A DNA stretch of 64,000 nt from Felis catus (Eukaryota), in the NCBI RefSeq assembly GCF_018350175.1, contig NC_058368.1:117306001-117370000 (forward strand), given 5' to 3'. Numbering within the stretch: position 1 is the stretch's first letter; each line of letters begins with the position of its first letter. The translations under genes were made by a program, and so were the position numbers. Positions 15,196-29,095 of the stretch are shown here, piece after piece. The notes under the pieces are model-generated. The model did not search any database and was not told the origin of the DNA. It saw only the letters and a list, made by a program, of their open reading frames with translations.

Positions 15196-15260
15196 CTTTT
15201 TTTCCAACTCTGTAGCTTTGGCTTCAGATTTCTCCACCTTTGTTTTATCAATCATTTGAT
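15196..15260 (-). CDS. DIAPH1: DIAPH1 exon 14 (QMIDKTKVEKSEAKATELEKK), GC donor
   Basis: 65 nt; frame to exon 15 requires AAG|GCATGT. Confidence 0.93.
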
Positions 15261-15703
15261 CTGAAAAGAAAGAGAAGAATCAGTAAAGTTCCCAATTCTC
15301 TTGTCTTTCCCTCTCACTACCTAAATCCTTCAATATAATGGCAGTCTTCTGTCCATTTTCTCACTTTTGTTATACTTCTTACTGTTCTGCACTAAACAAA
15401 GAAATGAAACTTTCTATTGAGCTCAACACAGAATTTCTGGGTGCCTGTGATGTGGTAAGGCCGCCACGCTGGGCAGCATGGAGAGTGCCTACAAGTGGTA
15501 CTTATGAACTTCTGAGACCAGGAGTCAGATGACAGCTGAAATCCCTTCAAAAGGTGGGGCGATGTGTGAGTGGTGGTACATTCTTAGTTTCACACAGAAA
15601 TAAACTAAAGGTCTGTATATTCCTAACACAGATGTTGATGATCACCTAAGGACACAAATGGAAATACCTGGAGACTAGGAATTTATCTTCCATGAAACTT
15701 TCA

Positions 15704-15937
<234 letters not shown>

Positions 15938-16487
15938 TCAGAAGCAATCAGGATCAGGAAAAGTTAACTGCTTTGATAAATGAGGGACCTGAGGATAACT
16001 ATTCCAGAGAAGACCTTTTCATAAAACTAACAGAAGTATGTTGCCAGGCTAGGCAACTCCCTCTTCTACAGCAGCTACTCCATCTACTTCAGATAATCAA
16101 AACTTGTTGCCATCTGCTTCCTAATGCCAATAATTTCCCATCTCAAAATTCAGGCTTGATCCTTTCTGTGATAGACAGCACTACTGCTTACTCTCTACTT
16201 CTAGGCAACCTGAAAGAACCTTAAGTGGGTTCCTCCCTTTGCTGCCATCTTTATCCCACCCACCTCCCATTTCCAAAATGGGAAGGACACTTTACGGTAT
16301 ACACTGTGATCTCTTCCATACAGCTGCCCTTCAGTCAGATTAAAAGGACAACTGACAACTCTTTATATATCTGACTGAAAATTAAATGTAACCTTTGTCT
16401 TTTCTTTTTCCTTTTACAGTCTTTGAATTTAAGGATTTTTCTCTACTACGGCTCAAATTTAATACTTCTCACAGGTATACCATCTTA

Positions 16488-17389
<902 letters not shown>

Positions 17390-17469
17390 TCAATGATCAA
17401 AGTACAAGTCAGGGAACCCAGAAGCATCCTATGCCAGCTAGAAACCCAAGCCTTTCAACCTGGTTCTTA

Positions 17470-17670
<201 letters not shown>

Positions 17671-18008
17671 CTAAAATAAGCAAATTCGGCACTTATGTCA
17701 CTGTAATCTGCTAGAGATCAAGATTCCGTTCTCTTTACATGAGTGCTGAGGACCCCAGATGTCACGCAGAAGATGCAGTACAAAACCACAAGAACAACTT
17801 TCTGCTGGCGCCATTTAGACTGATTCGGGCCCAGGTCTGGGTCGCTCAGAAGTCTAAATGATTCCAAGGATTTGATGGTATACTCTGTACTAGGCCTTGG
17901 CTTTCCCAGCACTTAAAGAGATAGCAAGCCCTTTCACCAGCTCATAGTAAGGAGAGCTGCTCTCTGCCTTCTCAGAGAGCAAATCCTGAATGATAAAATA
18001 AATATATA

Positions 18009-18461
18009 CAGACTCACCTCATTTCACTGAACTTCACTTTATTGCACTGCTCTATATATAGTGCATTTTTTTACAAACTGAAGGTCTGTGGCAATTCTGT
18101 GTTAAGCAGGTATATCAGTGCTAATTTTCCAACAGCATTTGCTCACTTCTTGTCTCTGTGTCATGTTTTGGTAACTCTCAGACTATTTCAAAGTTTTTCA
18201 TTATTATTTTATTTGTTATGGTGATCTGTGATCAGGGATTATGACTCTTTGAAAGCTCATATAATAGTGAGCATTTTTTAGCAATACCGTTCTTGTAGAC
18301 ATAATGCTATTGCACACTTAATACACTACAATACAGAGCAAACACAGCTTTTATATGCATGCATTAGGAAACCAAACAATTCATTTACCTCACTTTATTG
18401 ACCTATTTGTTTTATTGTAGTGTTCTGGAACCAAACCTGCAGTTCCCCTGAGAGATGCCTA
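18009..18461 (+). mobile_element. Internally deleted Tigger1-family DNA transposon
   Basis: Both Tigger1 termini recognisable, flanked by TA. Confidence 0.8.
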
Positions 18462-18499
18462 TACCTGGGAACCATTCCATGTGTCCTATTAAAACATCA

Positions 18500-18739
<240 letters not shown>

Positions 18740-19771
18740 TTATACAGTGGCACAAATCAGTTAGGAAAAGAACATTACCAACGCCCAGGTTTCCAATATT
18801 ATTCTCCTCATCACCTAGGTCAGGAGCCAGAATCTGCTGAAAGCTAAGAACCATCTCCTTAGAAAAATGTATTCTCTAAAACCCATTCCTAGACTCCTAT
18901 CTATGGATACCAAATTAAGACACCTGTTCTATGGAGTATCAACTGGTACCACTTTTGGAGGGGTATTTAATAGTACTGGTTTTTAATGAATTTAACATTT
19001 GGCTTACTTCTAGAAACTTACCGAACATAAATGCATAAATGTGAAAGAATATATGTACAAGGATGTTCATTATGGCATCATTTGTAATAGTAAAACTTAA
19101 CACCTAGAGCAGGGGCCAGAATGTGCTAAGAAAAAAAAAATGTCACCTAAAAAGTCTAGCAATGGGGTAACTGTTAAATAAATTGTGGGATATACATCCT
19201 ATAGAATTCTAAATAGCCACCTAAGATAATAAGGTAGATCTGTAAATACCCACAGAGAAAAAATGTCCAAGATCAACTGTTATATTTAAAAAAAAAAAAA
19301 AAGGTAAAAAGAAATGAATGGTATGATTTTGTTTGTATTAAACCAAACTGCTCCACAAAAATAAAAATCTATCCTAGGCATGTGATTTGTTTTACAGAAA
19401 AGTTACATCTTTCCTTCGTTCTAAGATAGCATCTTTTGGAGCAACAGAAGGTATCTCATAATCAAGGAAAGACAATATATTTGTCTATGCTAGAAAAAAA
19501 ATCAATGAGATTGTACCAAGCCATTAACACTGGCTACCCCTGCAGAATAGATTTACTAGAGGGATAAGGCTGTTAAATTTTACTTTATATGTTTCCATAT
19601 TTGTTTGAGTTTAAAAAATAATGTGTTACTTTTGAATTAAAAAAACAAAAAAGTAAAAGCAAGCTTTGTCCTATTAATGTCCTACAGACATTAATGGAGA
19701 CCTAGGAGATGCTTTGCTATCCCACTGATAACCAGAAGTACACTGATGATAGTGCCACACACCTAACAGTC

Positions 19772-19987
19772 TTTTTTTTTTTTTTAATCTTTATTTATTT
19801 TTGAGAGAGAGAGACAGAGTGTGAGCGGGGGAGGAACAGAGAAAGAGCGAGACACAGAATCCGAAGCAGGTTCCAGGCTCTGAGCTGTCAGCACAGAGCC
19901 CGACGCGGGTCTTGGAATTGATGAGCCATCAGATCATGACCTGAGCCCAAGTTGGATGCTTAACCGACTGAGCCACCCAGGTGCCCC
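19772..19987 (-). mobile_element. Can-SINE
   Basis: Full consensus; flanking repeat acagtcttt. Confidence 0.9.
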
Positions 19988-20028
19988 TGCAGTTACAGTC
20001 TTTCTTAAACATTAAGATTCATGGTGTT

Positions 20029-20154
20029 GGGGTGGCTGGGTGGCTCAGTTGGTTAAGCATCCAACTCTTGACTTTGGGTCAGGTCATGATATCATGGCTC
20101 TTGAGTTCGAGACCTACATCAGGCTCTGCACTGACACTGTGGAACCTGCTTGGG

Positions 20155-20204
<50 letters not shown>

Positions 20205-20290
20205 TCTCCCTCCCTCCCTCCCTCCCTCCCTCCCCCCCCCACTCAATGCTGTCTCTCTCTCTCTTTCAAAATAAATAAACTTATAAAAAA
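20029..20290 (+). mobile_element. Can-SINE with expanded (CT)n/(CCCT)n
   Basis: Consensus head, long CT microsatellite, A tail. Confidence 0.88.
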
Positions 20291-20364
20291 AAGATTCACA
20301 GTGTTCACATCTTCGAAGAGATATGGTCTTACCTAGTATTTAAGACAAAGTGGACACCCACTCA

Positions 20365-20568
<204 letters not shown>

Positions 20569-20636
20569 CTAGTAGGACAAGAACAGAGAAGGGAGGCTTA
20601 ATGATGACAGGAAGTAACCAAGGACAAAGTCAGGGT

Positions 20637-21112
20637 TGTTATGGATTGAAAGGTGTTCCACCTAAATTCATATGTTGAAGTCATAATCCCCAGTACCTCA
20701 GAATGTGACCTTACTTGGAAATAGGGTCATTGGCAGATGTAATTAGTTAAGTTACAACAAGGTCACACTAGAATAACGTGGACCCTTAATCCAGTGTGAC
20801 TACTGTCTTATAACAATGAGACATGGGGACACACACATGCACATGGGAAGAACATCTTGTGAACATGAAGGCAGACATTGGAGTGATGCATCTGAAAGCC
20901 ACAGAATGCCAAAGATCGCCAGCAAGCCACCAGAAGCCAGGCGAGAGGATGGAACATACTCTCCCTCACAGCCCTCGCAGAAGGACCCAATCCTGCCAAC
21001 ACCTTGATCTTGGATTTAGAGCCTCTAAGAACTGTGAGACAATAAGTTTCTTGTTAAATACAGTTTAGTCCAGTTTATAATACTCTGTAGAGCAGCCCTA
21101 GCAAACTAACAC
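20637..21112 (+). mobile_element. MLT1-type (ERVL-MaLR) solo LTR
   Basis: TG...CA termini with MLT1 motifs (cctcagaatgtgacctta, gcagccctagcaaactaacaca). Confidence 0.8.
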
Positions 21113-21282
21113 AGGGGTAGAACTTTCCCGAGCTAAACAGAGATAAGCATAGCAAAATAATTTTATACTAAATCAAACACAATTCTAGGTCTTCAAGAAC
21201 AAAAGTCTTTAATTCTTGTATTTTTTTTAATGCCCCCTCCCATCCAATGGACTAAATTAATTATAAAAAAATTAAACAATGA

Positions 21283-21500
21283 GGGGGCGCCTGGGTGGCT
21301 CAGTTGGTTAAGCATCCAACTTCGGCTCAGGTCATGATCTCATGGTTCATGGGCTCAAGCCCTGTGTTGGACTCTGTGCTGACAGCTCAGAGCCTGGAGT
21401 TTCCTCCAGATTCTGGGTCTCCCTCTCTCTCTCTACCCCTCCCCTGGCTCATGCTTTGTCTCTATCAAAAATAAACATAAAAAATTTTATTAAAAATTTA
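21283..21500 (+). mobile_element. Can-SINE
   Basis: Full consensus. Confidence 0.9.
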
Positions 21501-21586
21501 AAAAATTTTAAATATTTTAAAAATTAAATGATGAGGAAGATATATCTGCACTCAAAAGCAAACAACTGTGAGATCCCTGAGTTTAA

Positions 21587-21625
21587 ATACTACACTTGAT
21601 CTTAGCCAAAAGGCCGAGAAGCGAT
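21587..21625 (-). pseudogene. 3'-truncated U2 snRNA retropseudogene (U2 nt 1-39)
   Basis: Minus strand ATCGCTTCTCGGCCTTTTGGCTAAGATCAAGTGTAGTAT; direct repeat cctgagtttaaatac at 21576-21590 and 21626-21640. Confidence 0.93.
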
Positions 21626-21650
21626 CCTGAGTTTAAATACCAAACAGACA

Positions 21651-21855
21651 GGGGTACCCAGATGACTCAGTCGATTAAGCATCCAGCTCTTGGTTTCAGC
21701 TCAGCTCATGCATGGTCTCACATTTTGTGAGCTCGAGCCCTGCATCAGGCTCTGCACCGACACTGTGGAGCCTGCTTAGGATTCTCTCTCTTCCTCTCTC
21801 TCTGCCCTTCCCCCGCTCTGTCTCTCAAAATAAACAAACTCCAAAAAAAAAATTA
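21651..21855 (+). mobile_element. Can-SINE (older)
   Basis: Diverged consensus with A tail. Confidence 0.85.
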
Positions 21856-22173
21856 AATACTAAGCAAAGAAAAAAAACAAAGATTCTATGGTAGAAACAG
21901 TCTGGAAAACAAATAACCAGAGAATAAAGTAAGCCTTCCAAAAACAAACACAGGTCAGGAAATTCAATTAGAAAACAAAGTATAAAAAGAGGAAGGAAAG
22001 CAAACCTACCTTCTGAAACAGACATCAGAACTGGAGAAAAAAAGGTCCATAGAAACATACTTAGGTGACAATCAAAAAGCTGTAACACTAAAAGGGAACG
22101 CTACAAGCCTTGAACCTCCTATTCCTAAGTCCTTTTTTGGAGTTTGCCAATAGAAAAGAAAGAACAGGGATCA

Positions 22174-22311
<138 letters not shown>

Positions 22312-23093
22312 CTATACTCCTCTGCCACTTGACTTTTCAATCTTGCAAACAAGGGTCTTCAAAACATCCCCAATTAGTAGCCGAGTAAATTCTAGTACAT
22401 ACCACTTTGCCCTGAAACACTGGCAAAAACAGGTAGCTGAAGAGGCATTGCCACCATAAGACCTTTGGTTAATCCTGCAATCCAAGAACTTAATACTACA
22501 TTAAAATCTCCTCTTTAACTCCCTCTAGGCTTCTAAGTGCTTAACTCCATCAAGATAACATCCCATCTATTACTGCTTGCCTCACTACTTCAAAGGTTTC
22601 AAGTTTGTACATTCAGGAGGTATAGGCCTGGTGTTTTGTCTTGGAAAGATCCCAGGAAATAGAAAAGTCACGGTGGGTCAGACTGGCTTCAAGGTAGCCT
22701 AAGACAGTCCAAGGTATCCTCCAAACTATCTCAACCTTGAAGACTATCATAAAGCCAGTCCCAAACTCATCAAGTGTATTCTAAGACTTTCAGGTCCCAG
22801 CCAGACCAGGTCCCAGGACAGCTATGGATGAACTCCAACCCCACTTCCAGATAGGGTAAGTTATGCTATGAGACCCACAATCTTATGTGTTATCCACCAT
22901 GTTCCTCTTCCGTTTCCTGCATCTGTAATCATCCCTCAGCCTCTAGTTTGCCCTAGGTAAACCTTGTTCTCAACTGACAGCATATTCTCCTGGTCCACAA
23001 CTTCTCATTTTATTGCCATTTTCTCCTTTAGAGCATACAGACAAGTTCCCCACTACCCTCCACTGGGAAGATGTCAAAACTTGGAAGTCCTCA

Positions 23094-23330
<237 letters not shown>

Positions 23331-23342
23331 TCAGAATCCTCA

Positions 23343-23474
<132 letters not shown>

Positions 23475-23748
23475 CTAGATGGAGCATATGGAGAGATTAA
23501 TCAACACTGGACCCAATCAGCAAATGGACTAGAATCAGTCATTACATTATGAATATCAAGGCAGACACACATCATAAATACTACCAAACTCTGTGGGACT
23601 CATAATTTCCCATCCCATTCCCCACAGACTTCGTGAAGATTGAATCAGGCACAAAGTATGTTAAGAATGGTAACTCAAATGAGAGTAAAACATGAATAGA
23701 CTTATACGACAGAATAAAAGAAGACTGATGTAGACACACAATGTTCTA

Positions 23749-23925
<177 letters not shown>

Positions 23926-26098
23926 CTAGTAGAGGAAAGGGGAAAAAAGGAAAAAACAAAACTGCATCAAGTTCCTTATAATTTTTCAGTATTTAATATT
24001 TAGTATATTTAGTGAGAAGTTAAATTAAATAGTTACTGAATAAATAAGTTTTCCTGATCCCTTGAGGTTTAAGCTATCACCAGATAACGAAAATTCCTCA
24101 GGGACAAATGTTAATGGTTAACATTTTAGCATAGATTCCTACAAACACTTTTATACTCTTAATGCTTTTCCTAACAAAAATGGGTTTTTAAAATAGATGA
24201 AAGAAATTTTTTTATTATTGAAAGAAAAGCACACATACTGGTTTTGTACTTGGAATGGATCTTAAAAATTTCCTCTGGATGACTGGCATCATCCAAACAC
24301 CCACAAGATGTGCACCACTCTCAGGCATAAACACCCAATACCCCTGGTTAATTCAGTCCCTGTACAAACTTCTTTCCCATGAAGAAAGAACTAGAAAAGT
24401 CTGATAAAGCCCCTCAACAGATATAACTTGGGTGTATTATTGAAGAAAAGGCACTGCTTGAGCCTTTGTATAGCCATGTGTCTGAGCCCAGTACCTTGAT
24501 GAGCACAGTTTAACCCAACAAGTCTGAAATAGTATCTGAAATGGGGAAAGGGTAGGGGTAAAATGGATACTTTCCATTTCTTCTCTTCTACTCTCCATTT
24601 CTCTCTCTTCTCTTTCGCTCTGTGTGTAAGACAGAGAGAGAGAGAGACAGAGAGAGAGAGAGAGAATGAAACACTGCCTCAAAATAGTAATACTAATGTG
24701 ATGTTTTTCTGACCCAATTCCTGGTGCTTTTTTTCTCCTTTTACAGATAAACTGAACACAGAAATTGCAACGTACGTGGCCTTCAGGTTGAATCAGACCC
24801 CAAAACACAGTATATTTTGCTTGGCAAGCTCAAAATTTTAAATTTGGAAGACTTCATATAAAAATACAGATTTCTAGCGTCACAAGATGCAGTCATCAAA
24901 TTTCAGATTGTGGGTAACTCTAGAAGTCAAATGATTTCTTCCACAAAATTTTTGTAGTAATAGCAAGGATAAAAGAGAGGGACGAAACCTGTAATAAAAT
25001 AAAACTTAAAAGAACATTCATACAATGGACCTAACTTGGAACTGTGATTTGAGCGAACAAATGGTTTTCAAAAAAATGATCTAATGGTGAAATTTGAATA
25101 CTGGTGAAATTTGAAAGCTGGTTATGATAGGTGATGCTATGAAAGAACTACTGTCTCCAAAAATTGAAGATTTCTGGCTTCCTTAGAACATACAAGTATC
25201 TGGCACTACTGGCATTTCCAACTGGAGTGCTACAGAGCCTACTGCCACTGAATCACGGCTGGCCTTCCTAACAGGCCTAAAGTCCTTCTGCATCTGACTA
25301 CAGTCCTCACTCCTTTTCATCATCTGCTATCTGGTCTAACTTATTCCTGCCAACTCCCTGGCCCCCAAAGACATGTAAATTGGCAGTCCAAACCCAAGAG
25401 ATTGTGTTAATCTCATACAGCACTTGGATTAAGAGACAAACTAAAAGCTTTTACTGAAAAAAGAATAATAGTGCTGGCTGAGTGTTTACTATATACCAGG
25501 CCCTGTGTTAAGAATTTTAAGCCCATGCTCTCAATTAAATGAGGTCTGCCGCTAGTCTCTATTTGAATCTGAAATCCTATATCCAGGCAATATAGAGGTC
25601 TTATGAAACCTTAGAAACAAGTACTCAAAACTTTTCAAGACTGAGCGCTAGTGGACATTCACTGAGTGTCCTCTTCAGTGTTCCTCACTGAGGACAGGAA
25701 ATTAAGTCACATCCTTGTGTACTGCATTACTCAACTGGCTTCAACCATAATCTTTAAAGGTCTTCTAGTAATTGTAGCATCAGATTTCTCTTTCCAGATT
25801 CACCACTAAATAGAAGACGTTCAGCAAATTATGCCTTTCCATTACTCAGTCTCTTCTCTAAGATTCTTTGTGAAACTTTACCTACCCTGGCTAACCCAAA
25901 GGTAGTCTCCACACTACCCCATGAGTTGGTGCACTCACCTTATGTCTTTGTGGCTAACACAATGCTGGGCAGGACATTAAGGAGGTGGTCACTGATCAGA
26001 TTATTTCCAAGCCTAACTCATCAATTCCAATCTTATGGATGGGTGCTTATAAATGTAGTCCCTTTGTTAATAGGACTGCTAATAAGAACCTTTCTGTT

Positions 26099-26740
26099 GG
26101 GGCGCCTGGGTGGCTCAGTTGCCTAAGTGTCTGACCTCAGTTCAGGTCATGATCTTGCAGTCTGTGAGTCCAAGCCCCACGCTGGGCTCTGTGCTGACAC
26201 CTCAGAGCATGGAGCCTGCTTTGGATTCTGTGGCTCCCTCTCTCTCTGCCCCTCCCCTAATCACGCTTGGTCTCTCTCTCCCTCTCTCTCAAAAATAAAC
26301 AAACATTTGAAAAAAAACTAAGGGGTGCCTGGGTGGCTCAGTTGGTTAAGTGTCTAACTTTGGCTCAGGTCATGATCTTGCAGTTCGTGAGTTTGAGCCC
26401 CATGTCGGGCTCTGTGCTGACACCTCACAGCCTGGAGCCTGCTTCAGATTCTGTCCCCCCCACCCCGTCTGCACTCTGTCGCTCTCTGTCAAAAATAAAC
26501 ATTAAAAAAAAAGTTCTCTGTCAAGCCTGGAACTTTTGTAATTAAGGGCTAATTAAGTGAGTAGGGGATGCCTGGGTAGCTCAGTTAAGTGTCGGACTCT
26601 TGATTTCAGCTCAGGTCATGATCCTGCCGTTGTGGGATCAAGCCTGTGCTGTCAGCACAGAGCCTACTTGGGATTGTTTCTCACGTTCCCTCTCTGCCCC
26701 TCCCTCTCCCTCTCCCATGCTCTCTCAAAATAAACAAATA
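26099..26740 (+). mobile_element. Cluster of three head-to-tail Can-SINEs (about 26099-26318, 26322-26512, 26564-26740)
   Basis: Three consensus heads, each with a CT tract and A-rich tail. Confidence 0.88.
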
Positions 26741-26775
26741 CTTCAGGTAAAAAAGGGGCTCATTAAGGGAGATCA

Positions 26776-27033
<258 letters not shown>

Positions 27034-27142
27034 TTATACATTTTCATTTACACAACAATCGACACATCAAGTAGCCAAACTCTAGTTTCTTATATGTGCA
27101 AGGTTCCTCTGGTTTGTGGGCACTTCGAGGGTCTTCTGACAT

Positions 27143-27256
27143 GGCGGTACCTGGGTGGCTCAGTCGGTTAAGTGTCCAACTCTTGGCTTTGGCTCAGGTC
27201 ATGATCTCAAGCCCCATGTGCTCTGCGCTGAAAGTGCAGAGCCTGCCTGGAATTCA

Positions 27257-27309
<53 letters not shown>

Positions 27310-27392
27310 CCTCCCTCCCTCCTTCCCTCCCTCGGCCTTCCCCTGCTCATTCTCTCTCTCTCCCTCTCTGTCTCTTAAAATAAACTTTAAAA
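27143..27392 (+). mobile_element. Can-SINE with (CT)n expansion
   Basis: Consensus head and CT microsatellite. Confidence 0.85.
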
Positions 27393-28022
27393 AATATCTT
27401 CTGACATGAAAACAAGAACTCTGACATCTAATTTAGTATACTGACTCTGTACTCTCACTTTCATCCAAAGATAAGAGATCTGAAGTATTAAGATTTGAAA
27501 CCTCTCTAAAATGAGAAAACTTTGTTCTTGAGCTCTCTGACCATTTCTAAGCCCTCTAGCAGCACTGAACTGACAGAAAAGAATATAGTGTACTTTAGGG
27601 ATATATAAGCCACCTCTCTGCCAACCAAAGACTCATGAACCATTCCCCAAAACTCAAGTACAGATGCTCAAATCAAAGAGCCACCAATAAGCTGCAGTTT
27701 GTTCGCTCCACCTGTTTGAAAGTAAAAGTTAAGTATCTGCAAGCACTGGGGGACTTCAAGTGATAGGGGTTGCATCCAGACTGCAAGTCAGTTATGAATT
27801 TAAAGAATGTGCCTACCCTTGGAAACCAATGAATGCCCCAGGGAAATGCATGCAATGGGCCAAACACAGAGCAAAGAGTTAGGGAAAAGCTTTGGGAGGT
27901 TCTGAGAATAGAGCCAGTATCACCATTTCAAGTTATAGAAAGTCAAAGTTATGACAACTGGTTAAGTATCACAGTGGAGGAAATGAGCTAGGACATGCAC
28001 ATGCTGAACAAAATTTCCTTAC

Positions 28023-28049
28023 CTCATCTGCCATGAGCCGCTTCAGAGT
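28023..28049 (-). CDS. DIAPH1: DIAPH1 exon 2, 27-nt micro-exon (TLKRLMADE)
   Basis: Long pyrimidine tract + TAG acceptor, GTAAGG donor, phase 0/0. Confidence 0.93.
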
Positions 28050-28976
28050 CTAGGAAACAGGAAAAAGGAGGGAGAAGAAAGAGAAGATAGATCAGTGAAA
28101 TTCCAGGAAATGTCCCAAATACCAGATGGATTGGGGGGAAAAAAGAATAAGGTAAAAGGATCTAAGTTGCTTTCCACAAACTAAAAGATTTCAGCCAAGT
28201 GTTCCTTAGCACATTCCCTTAGCTAAGAGGCATCAAGAGTTTTAAGGTCACTAATACCTGATACTTGGGGGGGAGGGCAGGAAGGGGGAAGTAAAGACCC
28301 TCACAGACTCAATCTGATGACCAATACACCTATGAAACATACTCTATTAGTAAACAAGGACATGCCAACTAAAACCACAATGATAATGCTTCCCACTCTT
28401 AAGATGGGCAAACATTTTCATGTCTGTCTAGTTGTAGAGGAGCGGGAGCTCTCACACTCTGTTAGTGGTAATGTAAATTGCTCTGGCCACTTTGGAAACC
28501 AGCAAGGCATTATCTAGTGAAGTTAAATATGTATATGTACAACTCATCAATTTCTATAAATCTACCCTGCAGAAACTTGTATGTATGTACCAGGATGTAT
28601 ATAACAAGAATGTTCACAGCAACACCAGAGTACCTAAAACAGAGACCAATCCCAAGAGCCATCAAGAGTAGAACAGATACCATGTATCTGTGGAGAACAA
28701 TTATATGGAAAAATTAAATGAACTTAGAGCTACTTACAAACATTAAAATTGAATTTATTTCATTTATATGCAGTTTAAAAACATGGACACTATATTATTT
28801 AGAATGTAAAATTATAAAAGGAATGATGATCACAAATGTCAAAACAGTGCTTACTTGGGGTGAGTGGGTGAGGTGTGACTGCAGAAGGGGAAAAGGGGCT
28901 TCTAAGGGGCTCACAATATTCTACTTGGTTTCATTATTCTATGTTTTATGTTCTCTTCTATGTACATGCCATACTT

Positions 28977-28982
28977 AGAAAG

Positions 28983-29069
<87 letters not shown>

Positions 29070-29095
29070 AAAAGAAAGAAAGAAAAAAAGAAAAG
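28977..29095. repeat. (GAAA)n tetranucleotide microsatellite
   Basis: About 21 near-perfect GAAA units plus degenerate end. Confidence 0.97.

Noticed and set aside
21587..21625. Functional U2 snRNA gene
   Set aside because: Only 35-39 nt of U2, with no Sm site, PSE or 3' box, and flanked by a TSD
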